This document shows, piece by piece, positions 25,689-33,222 of a stretch of 52,629 bases of DNA. The stretch is from a virus. Where the stretch lies: IMG/VR virus record IMGVR_UViG_3300009494_000004, positions 1 through 52,629 of that record; one strand, written 5' to 3'. Numbering within the stretch: position 1 is the stretch's first letter; each line of letters opens with the position of its first letter. A program made the translations under genes and the position numbers. The notes beneath the pieces were generated by a model. The model searched no databases. It saw only the letters and a list, made by a program, of their open reading frames with translations, and was not told the origin of the DNA.

Positions 25689-27424
25689 TTTCGTTTTCTC
25701 TCCTTCGTGTTCTCTTCCGTTCCGATAACGGCATGCGTATCACCGCCAATTATTCGCGCCTTCGATTCGGGTTTCCGCACCTTCGCGCTGTTAGCGAACC
25801 ACACTCTGTCGGACGCAACACTGTTCGTCATTCCGCTTACGAACCACGCGAGCCATCTATACGCCGCTGAATGGAAAAAGTGGTCACACCCTTTCGTCCA
25901 TACCGGCCTTCCGCCCGCGTCGGTTACGCGACTCGGCACGGTCATCTGCCTTACGTACTCGCCGTTTGCCCTCGTGCGCCAGTCCGGCGGTATCCTCGTG
26001 TTGCCGTCCTTATATGACTTCACCATAAGGTCAAGTAGTTCCGTGCGGTTCGTCTCCAGTATCTGCTTTTCGTACTCCCTGTTGCATACCGGCGTCTTGA
26101 TCTGATCTTTCGCCCGGTAATAGCACATCCAGCGGAAGCCCTTCTTTTTCACGAAGTCGCGCGTCTCCATGTAGCCGCCGCCCTGAGCATCGATGACGTG
26201 GCTCACTACGTTGAAGGTCTCCTCAAGCGTCTCAACCTCCGCCCACCTGTCGACTTCCGTATGGATTATATCGTAAAGGACGCTATTCAGCACTATAGAT
26301 ATCGTGCATGTAAATTTCTTCCCCTGATCCGTGCCCATTACCGTACGGTACGCCTCCGCGTCAAATACGGTCGGCAGCTTGGTCGCGGCCTTCCGCAATA
26401 GCGCCTCGTCCATTTTGAACTCGACATCCTCGTATTCGACGGCGAGGTAATTGTTATGAAAGTTCTGCATCGCCGTTGGGTTGTTCTCGGCCTTCACGAA
26501 TTTTTTGAACAGCTTTATGATGTCCGCAGCGACGCCGCGCTTGTCGACGAACAGCCTCGATACGCGGTATCCGCTCGCAAGCCCTCGTCCGGGGTTCATT
26601 GCTATCCAACGACCCGGTCCCGTGCGATCCATAGGCGCGCCGCATTTCGCGCACGCCGCCATACCGGACGGGTGACGGAGCCGCCAGCCCGCGTCGCAGC
26701 GCTCAACGAAGTTAATGTACCAGTCAAGAACCTGCTCGTGACCACATTCCGAACAATCTACGTGCCATTCCTTCTGGTCGCTCTCCGCGTACTCGGCGAG
26801 AATACCGAAGCCCTCGCGTGTCGGGTTTCCATACTTCCACACGTGCGGACGTTTCGAGTTTTCTAAACGGTCGTATGCGTATAGAATGTTTTCCTGGTTC
26901 AGCAGATCGAACTCGTCGAAGAACAGAACGTCGCACGGAAACTCGAAGAAGTCAGCGAGCACGTTCGACCCGACGAACTTCCAGCCCGCGCCAAAGAACG
27001 ACTTGTACACATTAGAGTCGAACTTCTTTTCGTCGAGGTTTTGCACAGCCTCCGTGTATAGCGGCGAGCGCGCCTTCATTTTATCGATACGGTCATATAC
27101 AAACGTTTTGCGTGCCGTGCCCGACGGCATGACGTACATTCCGCGCAGCCCCTGCCTCGCGTATGTATACATCGCGCAGAGCGCATGCTCCGTGAGGTGT
27201 ACCTGCGAGCTTTTCACGACAACCAGGTCGCGGCTGTCGTCTTTATATATGGCTGCAAGCCAAGGTTTATCAGAAAACGTCATCCGCGACCCGTTCGTCG
27301 TCCGGTGGTGAACGATGCCCATGAACAGACGAGGGTATTTGTCGGCCATCTCGGACATCCCCGCGCCTATCAACTTTTTCGCTTCTCTATTCGCACTTGG
27401 CATTGTTGGTTTCTTTTTTAGCAT
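25676..27424 (-). CDS. terL: Terminase large subunit, GpA (lambda)-like
   Basis: 582 aa with a Walker-B-like VLFFDEFD and a CSECGH...CAKCG zinc ribbon typical of GpA-type terminases. Canonical position. Confidence 0.8.
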   Translation of the reverse strand: MLKKKPTMPSANREAKKLIGAGMSEMADKYPRLFMGIVHHRTTNGSRMTFSDKPWLAAIYKDDSRDLVVVKSSQVHLTEHALCAMYTYARQGLRGMYVMPSGTARKTFVYDRIDKMKARSPLYTEAVQNLDEKKFDSNVYKSFFGAGWKFVGSNVLADFFEFPCDVLFFDEFDLLNQENILYAYDRLENSKRPHVWKYGNPTREGFGILAEYAESDQKEWHVDCSECGHEQVLDWYINFVERCDAGWRLRHPSGMAACAKCGAPMDRTGPGRWIAMNPGRGLASGYRVSRLFVDKRGVAADIIKLFKKFVKAENNPTAMQNFHNNYLAVEYEDVEFKMDEALLRKAATKLPTVFDAEAYRTVMGTDQGKKFTCTISIVLNSVLYDIIHTEVDRWAEVETLEETFNVVSHVIDAQGGGYMETRDFVKKKGFRWMCYYRAKDQIKTPVCNREYEKQILETNRTELLDLMVKSYKDGNTRIPPDWRTRANGEYVRQMTVPSRVTDAGGRPVWTKGCDHFFHSAAYRWLAWFVSGMTNSVASDRVWFANSAKVRKPESKARIIGGDTHAVIGTEENTKERKRKWHV

Positions 27425-27537
27425 AGTAAAACCCGAAACGGCGTTAACCGCTCCGGGCCGGAGAGAACCGCACCACGATTCAGCGGTGATGAACCACCAC
27501 GAACCGAAGCGAAGTAAATTCTTTCGCTATTCCGTTA

Positions 27538-28131
27538 TTATCCGCACCTTACGCCGTCGCATACGAAGATTGTTTTCTTTTCCTGCATGTCAAGCCGCTG
27601 GATATCGTGTATTTTAAGCACGTCCTTATAGTAAACTTTAATACTCTTTCTATCAGGGTAGATCCTCAGGTGCGATCTGCTGTCGAAGTTCGGCACTGAG
27701 AAAACGACGTGGACGCCGGGCGGCACGAAATCCAGGATGCGGAGGTCATCGAGGTGCTCGAACGTTTCCACTGCCACGATGGTATCGAACGGTAGGTGGA
27801 GCCACGTATTAGGGTCGTAAGCATCGCCGCACCATACGTCGTATAGCGTGAATAGACTATGTTTCTTTAACGCTACGGCGCTAAAATCGAACCCCTTGTA
27901 CCTATGGCCAGCTATCACCAGACGGCGTCCCAGCTCGCCGACGCCGCAGCCTACTTCGAGAATATCGGCCGGTTCAGGCAAAAACGCCAGTACAGCGTCG
28001 TATACGGGGTCGAAGCGCGCCGTATTGTAGATGCCGGTGCGGTAGGCGGTTTTATAGATGTCGTCGTAATACGCGGCTGTCTCCTCCTCGCGCTTTGTCG
28101 CGGTCACCTTTATTAATCCGTTATACTCCAT
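27538..28131 (-). CDS. Class I SAM-dependent methyltransferase
   Basis: Motif I ILEVGCGVGELG, followed by a motif-II-like GFDFS and VAVETFEHL. Confidence 0.7.
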   Translation of the reverse strand: MEYNGLIKVTATKREEETAAYYDDIYKTAYRTGIYNTARFDPVYDAVLAFLPEPADILEVGCGVGELGRRLVIAGHRYKGFDFSAVALKKHSLFTLYDVWCGDAYDPNTWLHLPFDTIVAVETFEHLDDLRILDFVPPGVHVVFSVPNFDSRSHLRIYPDRKSIKVYYKDVLKIHDIQRLDMQEKKTIFVCDGVRCG

Positions 28132-28318
28132 GATAGGTTTTCTTCGTATCGCCCCACTTGGCAGAGGTGCGCTGAACGCCAGTTACGACAAGCGGCGTGA
28201 ACCGACATCCGCATACCGGGCAGGGTGGTCTACAGTCGCGTTCGGCGACCGCGTTTATCTCCTCAAACTCGGTGCAATCGCATTCGCTGTTTTCGCACTT
28301 GTAAACGTAAGTCGGCAT
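28121..28318 (-). CDS. FmdB-type CxxC-CxxC zinc-ribbon protein
   Basis: MPTYVYKCE..C...F.........CPVCG is the FmdB/CxxC_CxxC_SSSS signature. Confidence 0.6.
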   Translation of the reverse strand: MPTYVYKCENSECDCTEFEEINAVAERDCRPPCPVCGCRFTPLVVTGVQRTSAKWGDTKKTYHGV

Positions 28319-28325
28319 TGGTCCA

Positions 28326-28451
28326 TTACCAGGGCAGGTCGCAGATTTGCCGCGCCTTCGTAATTACGTAGCCATACAGCCGTAAAGCGTACGGATAGCC
28401 AACGACACCAAGAGCGACACCGGCTGCAAACACTATAATGTAACTAATCAT
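28326..28451 (-). CDS. 41-aa single-pass membrane peptide (below the ORF-track cutoff)
   Basis: My own translation is MISYIIVFAAGVALGVVGYPYALRLYGYVITKARQICDLPW. AAGGAA lies 5 nt upstream of the ATG, and the ORF fills the gap between two genes. Confidence 0.35.
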   Translation of the reverse strand: MISYIIVFAAGVALGVVGYPYALRLYGYVITKARQICDLPW

Positions 28452-28481
28452 TTTGTTTCCTTTTCTTTTTCGTCTTCACAT

Positions 28482-28973
28482 CTATTGGCTTGCTTGTTTG
28501 CTGCCGCTCTTTTCCGTCTTCCAAAACACGGCCTTAATCTTGGCCCTGACCTGAGCCGGAATTACGAACCTCATCGCGTAACGCACACCGCGAACGACCA
28601 TAACGGCTTTACCCTTAGCGTTTATCCACCGACGAAGAACACCGCCGTGTACCGGCGAAACAAACTGCTCAGCGTAACATATCGAATCACTGTCCATTGG
28701 CCGCGAAAGTGATCGCCCGCCGAGCTTCGCAAAAACCGTGTCGTCCAGTCTGAGCGTAACGCCTCGAATATCGAACGGCACCGAATCACATGTAAATAGC
28801 ATACCTGTTAGCGCGTAGCTACCGTCAACACATTCAACGTTCAAGATATGGGCGTAGTTACCTGTGATCCGCACGCCTACGCCCACGTTCGCATTCGCAA
28901 CCAAAAAACCGGCGATAACCGCGAACGCAATCGCCAATAGCAACGCAATAAGTATTCTCCGTAAAGTTCTCAT
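28482..28973 (-). CDS. Hypothetical membrane-anchored protein
   Basis: The internal ATG at 28973 (MRTLRRILIALLLAIAFAVIAGFLV) follows the upstream stop by 13 nt. The longer track ORF would overlap that gene by about 200 nt. Confidence 0.5.
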   Translation of the reverse strand: MRTLRRILIALLLAIAFAVIAGFLVANANVGVGVRITGNYAHILNVECVDGSYALTGMLFTCDSVPFDIRGVTLRLDDTVFAKLGGRSLSRPMDSDSICYAEQFVSPVHGGVLRRWINAKGKAVMVVRGVRYAMRFVIPAQVRAKIKAVFWKTEKSGSKQASQ

Positions 28974-28986
28974 TCTCTCACCCCTA

Positions 28987-29355
28987 TCAGGATTTTTCTC
29001 TTCTCGCACGAACCCCGGCAAAGTGCTTTGACAAATAGTAATCCGCTTTCCTTTGAAGCGTGCGCCGGGCCGTGCGATTAAGTTTCTTATCCTGCGACGC
29101 GCGCCATAGCCGGGCGTACTCATGATGCTCCGCGTTTGGACATACACCCTGAAACTCGTCGTCGGTACGACCCTCGTTGCGTATCTCAAACAACCTTCCG
29201 CATTCTGGGCAGCGCTCGGTCGGCGTCGTCAGCAGGTAGCGGGGAACCGTGACGAACTCGCCGTCCGTGCGCCGAATCAGCGTGCCGCCGGTCACTTCGT
29301 CTACCGCGAGGGCGGCGAACCGCCCATAGCCTTGTATCGAATCGACCGTCAACAT
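28987..29355 (-). CDS. Hypothetical zinc-ribbon protein
   Basis: CPECG...CPNAEHHE. The ATG at 29355 overlaps the upstream TGA (ATGTTGA). Confidence 0.5.
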   Translation of the reverse strand: MLTVDSIQGYGRFAALAVDEVTGGTLIRRTDGEFVTVPRYLLTTPTERCPECGRLFEIRNEGRTDDEFQGVCPNAEHHEYARLWRASQDKKLNRTARRTLQRKADYYLSKHFAGVRARREKS

Positions 29356-29777
29356 CCAGTGTCGCAATCGCAATTATCTTTGTTTTTGGCGTCGCGTTTA
29401 GCCTTGTCGTTCCAAGCGCAGCGGCAACAATATGTCGGACGACGGCATACAACGCAAAGTCCGTTGTTCATGCAAGGTGGTCGGTCCGCCAACGGTTTTT
29501 TACTACTTACATTATCAATAGAAGGCAAAGGCGGAATAACGCTGGGAATACGCGACTTCTTATTTCGCACGACTTGTTTGTCCCATTTGTTCAGCAACTC
29601 CGCGCTAATCGTAACCGCCCATTCGTCTTTTGCTACGTTAAAGACACCCAGCGACTTTACGGACTTCGCAAAATCAGCAAGAAACGATTTGCGGACCCGC
29701 TTTTTTGCCACAAACTCCCAAATAGTACCCGCAATAAAACCTATTACAACGCCGACAGCGAGTATAGTCAACATCAT
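29349..29777 (-). CDS. Membrane-anchored Cys-rich protein
   Basis: N-terminal transmembrane helix MMLTILAVGVVIGFIAGTIW and C-terminus PPCMNNGLCVVCRRPTYCCRCAW...NCDCDTGC. Start is ATGA-coupled. Confidence 0.55.
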   Translation of the reverse strand: MMLTILAVGVVIGFIAGTIWEFVAKKRVRKSFLADFAKSVKSLGVFNVAKDEWAVTISAELLNKWDKQVVRNKKSRIPSVIPPLPSIDNVSSKKPLADRPPCMNNGLCVVCRRPTYCCRCAWNDKAKRDAKNKDNCDCDTGC

Positions 29778-30307
29778 GACATCCCCCCGTCTTTACTGTC
29801 TTCGCCACCGCCGTCGCTGTCCTGATCGTCTTCGTCGCTGTTTGCTTCATTCAACAACTGCGCCTCTTCGACAAACGTATTACGCGAGCAATCGCAGTCC
29901 GCACCGCAACAAGCGTCGTATGTTGTTTTGCCTGATACAGTTTCACCAAACGATCGCAGTGATCCGCAATCGCTTTTTTTAATTTCATCATCCAAGGTCG
30001 GGTACGACGGTTTAATATCAATAACCGCAACAATATCGCATTCGCGCATAAGCAGCAGCGACTCGCCATTTATAGTAATTTCGCCGCCCGTGAAACGTCC
30101 GTATAGTACGGTGTCGCCTACCTTCACAATCATGTACTGAAGCTCGTTGCGCGGGGCGACACGCTTGCCGGGTCCACAGGTAACAACCATTCCCCGGCCC
30201 TTACCCTGCGGGTTAGGTAAAATGATTCCGTTGCCGGTCTCCGTTTCCGGCGCGTCCGGGCGAACGGCGATTCTGTCTTCAAGCAGTCGCGTAGTTTCGT
30301 TTTTCAT
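29774..30307 (-). CDS. GroES/Cpn10-like co-chaperonin with an ~80-aa Cys-rich, acidic C-terminal extension
   Basis: LEDRIAVRP...GIILP...GMVVTCGPGK...VKVGDTVLY...LLLMRECDIVAVI aligns along the whole of E. coli GroES. The ATG at 30307 has GGAGAGAG upstream. Confidence 0.75.
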   Translation of the reverse strand: MKNETTRLLEDRIAVRPDAPETETGNGIILPNPQGKGRGMVVTCGPGKRVAPRNELQYMIVKVGDTVLYGRFTGGEITINGESLLLMRECDIVAVIDIKPSYPTLDDEIKKSDCGSLRSFGETVSGKTTYDACCGADCDCSRNTFVEEAQLLNEANSDEDDQDSDGGGEDSKDGGMS

Positions 30308-30320
30308 TAATCTCTCTCCG

Positions 30321-30584
30321 TTAAAAGTTAAGCAACCTTGGTTGTTCGTCACGCTCCCAGGCGTCCACAAGGTGCTTCGTGACCGCTTTGCGCAACTGCG
30401 GACCGTTTAACCGGGTCAGCTTTTTGGCGGTCGCGCTTATATTAAGCTTCTGCGTCCAGTCCGCGTAGTTAATAATGCTTTGCCATACTGAGCCGGGGTA
30501 GTTGTCTGCCATTTGTCTAATCGAGGGCGCGTTCACTTTTTCTCCTTGCGTGCTGTCTAATACTATAACCCAGTTTTTGGTCAA
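30321..30584 (-). CDS. Hypothetical protein, first gene of the late operon
   Basis: 87-aa ORF with a TTG start preceded by AAGGAA at 5 nt. Confidence 0.5.
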   Translation of the reverse strand: MTKNWVIVLDSTQGEKVNAPSIRQMADNYPGSVWQSIINYADWTQKLNISATAKKLTRLNGPQLRKAVTKHLVDAWERDEQPRLLNF

Positions 30585-30606
30585 AGGTTTCCTTTTTTAT
30601 TCACTG

Positions 30607-30629
30607 AATTACTATAAGCAGTAGTAGTT
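30607..30629. promoter_or_regulatory. Operator-like imperfect palindrome AATTACTA-N7-TAGTAGTT
   Basis: aattactataagcagtagtagtt, 23-45 bp upstream of the first late gene. Confidence 0.35.
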
Positions 30630-30656
30630 TGCCGCCTGACATCATTTTGTTTTTGA

Positions 30657-30679
30657 AATTACTACCCGTTGTAGTAATT
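30657..30679. promoter_or_regulatory. Operator-like perfect palindrome AATTACTAC-N5-GTAGTAATT
   Basis: aattactac ccgtt gtagtaatt, with perfect 9-bp arms. Confidence 0.4.
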
Positions 30680-30770
30680 AGCGTTACTGCTCATTTGTGC
30701 AATATAGGTCAAAATGCGTCATAGCCTATCAGCGCAAAGACGATTTCACTCATAGGTATATAGACCTACC

Positions 30771-30999
30771 AGTAGTACCCCTATTTCTTGGAGTTCTTGT
30801 AACTCTTGCAATGGGTTACGGAAGTTGAAATTTCAGTCAAATTGACGAAAAACCGAGTCCTTGTAACTCTTGTAACGACTTACGCGGATTTGAAATATAT
30901 TAAAATAGCTAACTCGTTGCAGGAGTTGCAAGAACTAAGGTTTTCGTTATTACCGTCAGTACGGACCAGTAGCTAACTCGTTGCGGGAGTTGCAAGGAC
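30771..30999 (+). repeat. Element A: 229-bp internally palindromic element with four 23-bp boxes (two forward, two reverse) around an AT-rich centre. Inverted homologue of 51983..52212.
   Basis: Boxes GTYCTTGYAACTCYYGYAAYGRS at 30793..30815 and 30857..30879 (forward), and at 30913..30935 and 30977..30999 (reverse). Box spacing is 64/56/64 bp and the centre is atttgaaatatattaaaata. Flanks also align with the reverse complement of element B. Confidence 0.8.
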
Positions 31000-31089
31000 A
31001 CGAGAACTGAGGGTACTATGCCGGTACTAAGGGGTGCACCGACGTGGGGCACTGCGCCGAAAACGGTGTATATGCAAACTTTTTCACAC

Positions 31090-31638
31090 TCAGCGCCTTT
31101 GTTCCATTTCGTTTATGTCGCGGCGCACCCAGTCGCGAATTTTCCATATTTTCGCCCTGACCGTCGACGCCCCACGCCCAAGGCCGAGTATTTCGGCAAT
31201 CTCTTTGCAGGGTATTTCGTCCGCTCGGAGGGCCATAACTTCGATGGCACGGCCTATCGGGCATCGCATTAGCGACCGTATAATGTCTTCGGCTTTCTCT
31301 TTCGTTAACCTGGCGTTTTCGGTATGCGTCCAGACATTGGTCGCGCTTTGAATTTCAGCGTTCTTTATCTCGGCTATCGTCGGCGAACCGCCCCTCGCCC
31401 GGCGCTGCTGGTGATGACGCCGCGACATAAGCAAGCACGCACCTCTTAACAGGTCAGCAGCGCGGGCCGGGTCGTTCGGCTTACCTATAACGTATGTTAC
31501 GGCGTTTTGCAGAGCGTCTTCGCCGTTCTCGCCCCGCACGCCGAGCTTCCACAGGTAGCCGAGCAGGGCGGGTCGCCTCTTCGCGTACGCCCGACCGACG
31601 GCGTCTGCCCACGTATCGCTATCGCATAATAACGTCAT
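31090..31638 (-). CDS. ECF-like sigma-70 family sigma factor
   Basis: Region-2-like LLGYLWKLGVRGENGEDALQNAVTYVI and region-4 HTH RAIEVMALRADEIPCKEIAEILGLGRGASTVRAKIWKIRDWV. 182 aa, the last gene of the early operon, ATGA-coupled. Confidence 0.65.
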   Translation of the reverse strand: MTLLCDSDTWADAVGRAYAKRRPALLGYLWKLGVRGENGEDALQNAVTYVIGKPNDPARAADLLRGACLLMSRRHHQQRRARGGSPTIAEIKNAEIQSATNVWTHTENARLTKEKAEDIIRSLMRCPIGRAIEVMALRADEIPCKEIAEILGLGRGASTVRAKIWKIRDWVRRDINEMEQRR

Positions 31639-32267
31639 TGCCCTCTTTTCCTTTCGTTTCTCTTTTCCGTCGCTCCGTCCTTGGCAAACTTTTGTTTATG
31701 CGCTTCAACCGCAAACACCTCGTTAGCGTCGTCGACTATATCAAGCGACCTGCCCGTAATGGCTGCCCTCGCGTCCCTTTCCGTCCAATATACGGATTCA
31801 ACCGCGCGCCAGCGGCCTTTGCAGCCGGATTTAAGCCACACTTGCGGTACCGGCATCGCGCCGTTATACAACGGGCGAAAATTGAACTTGATGTTTCTAA
31901 CGGTTCCGGCACGGATTTCGTTGCGCTCAATCATGAACGCCGTTTTATCCATTAGTTCGGCAAGTGCATTCTTTACTTCGCGGCTCGCCCGTACCACGCG
32001 TTTGTGCGGAGCGTCGTCGGGTACATCCGACGTAGATTTCATTGATTCAATTGTCTTTCGAACGCCGATGAAAGACAACTGATCCACCTTCGAATAAAGT
32101 CTTTTAACTTCCCGAATCTGTATCCTTAACGCGGCGGTCAAATACTTTATCGCTTTAGCGTCCTCTTTGCGTTTGAGCAGCAAGTACGCCAAAGCAGCGC
32201 CAAACGTGAAGATGGCGGCGGCATACAGAATGTCGACAACTATAGGTAAAATGTTTATTGGTTCCAT
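31635..32267 (-). CDS. Hypothetical single-pass membrane protein
   Basis: N-terminal transmembrane helix ILPIVVDILYAAAIFTFGAALAYLLL. 210 aa. Confidence 0.5.
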   Translation of the reverse strand: MEPINILPIVVDILYAAAIFTFGAALAYLLLKRKEDAKAIKYLTAALRIQIREVKRLYSKVDQLSFIGVRKTIESMKSTSDVPDDAPHKRVVRASREVKNALAELMDKTAFMIERNEIRAGTVRNIKFNFRPLYNGAMPVPQVWLKSGCKGRWRAVESVYWTERDARAAITGRSLDIVDDANEVFAVEAHKQKFAKDGATEKRNERKRGQ

Positions 32268-32443
32268 TTTCGCCTTTCTTTTTTGTTATGGCTTTTAAGT
32301 CCGAAACGTTTTCTTGTTACGTTAGCCCTGTTTCTCGTTTTCTCCAGATATTCGTGCCTGTTTATTGCACGACCTATCACAACGATACCTGCAACAAAAC
32401 AAACGATGCATGTAAGCGCGAACCACTGTATCCAAATAGTCAT
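32255..32443 (-). CDS. Small membrane protein with a basic tail
   Basis: MTIWIQWFALTCIVCFVAGIVVIG followed by a Lys/Arg-rich tail. Start overlaps the upstream stop (TGATG). Confidence 0.45.
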   Translation of the reverse strand: MTIWIQWFALTCIVCFVAGIVVIGRAINRHEYLEKTRNRANVTRKRFGLKSHNKKERRKWNQ

Positions 32444-33222
32444 CAGATGCTATCCTTGTCTTCGTTGTCTTCGTTGTTTTCGTCATACAAATACGGATCA
32501 ACATGCGTTTCGTCAATTGACGCCAGTCTGTCCCGTATTGCCGTCTGCACGGCTTCAAGCAGATTGTTTAGCTCCGCGAGCGACAGCGCAGACAGGTTAA
32601 GGTTATGCAGGCCGCCAAGTTCCTCTCGCCAAACGAGAAGCATCTCGCCAACCGTCTCGGCGGTTATTTCCACGGCTTTTGGATTCGCGATAAGTACCCG
32701 ACCACCGGACGCGGACAGAGCGGCGCGGTCGGCATCAGCGGATACCTCTTTACGGACCTGTTCCATCAGCATACGAATCTGCGCGACATCGTCATGGATC
32801 GTCTGTACGGTAATGTACCCCTTGCTGCTTTCATGTACCGTATCTTCGCCGCCGCTCTTTTCGATACGTTCCATCACCGTGTCTATTAAATCCGATAACG
32901 CTTGCGCGCGGGCCTTCATTCCAGCCCAATGAACATCCTCAAGTGTGGCCGCCCAAATATCATGTGCTTCGACAAGCTCAGCCTTTGGTATGGCGGAGCA
33001 CCGTTTGAGAAACGTATTGCAGCCGTGCGCCTCTGGATCGAGACCGGAAAACCCGTTTGTTGTCCCGAATGTCGGATCGGTTAGCTCCCTGTAAAGTTCC
33101 GTCGGTTTAGCCCAAGTCGCCAGCGCGTTGACGATGTAATGTCGCACTTTTGCAGGCCAACGCGGCGTCTGTATCCGTGCGTTCTTTTTTGGTCGTCCGC
33201 GTTTCCGTTTTTTGTCAATCAT
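32443..33222 (-). CDS. AT-hook / DUF2280-like DNA-binding protein (possible small terminase; low confidence)
   Basis: KRKRGRPKK AT-hook, then VRHYIVNALATWAKPTELYRELTDPTFG, which resembles the N-terminus of DUF2280-type putative small terminases. Acidic C-terminus. Confidence 0.35.
   Translation of the reverse strand: MIDKKRKRGRPKKNARIQTPRWPAKVRHYIVNALATWAKPTELYRELTDPTFGTTNGFSGLDPEAHGCNTFLKRCSAIPKAELVEAHDIWAATLEDVHWAGMKARAQALSDLIDTVMERIEKSGGEDTVHESSKGYITVQTIHDDVAQIRMLMEQVRKEVSADADRAALSASGGRVLIANPKAVEITAETVGEMLLVWREELGGLHNLNLSALSLAELNNLLEAVQTAIRDRLASIDETHVDPYLYDENNEDNEDKDSI

Noticed and set aside
26762-26767. Additional TGGCAC hits (26762..26767 in terL, 34701..34707 in the primase-helicase gene, and a few others) as further sigma-54-type promoters
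   Set aside because: They lack the GC dinucleotide at the -12 spacing and the GCTTAC extension, and they lie inside coding sequence. The 34701 site shares an 11-nt cgggttggcacg with P2 but has GG instead of GC at -12. It may deserve a second look only if TSS data exist.
27425-27537. cos/pac site or terminator in the gap upstream of terL
   Set aside because: Only short imperfect stems (cccg..cggg, gcgaa..ttcgc) and a loose gaacc.caccacga direct repeat are present. Nothing is distinctive enough to call without terminus data.
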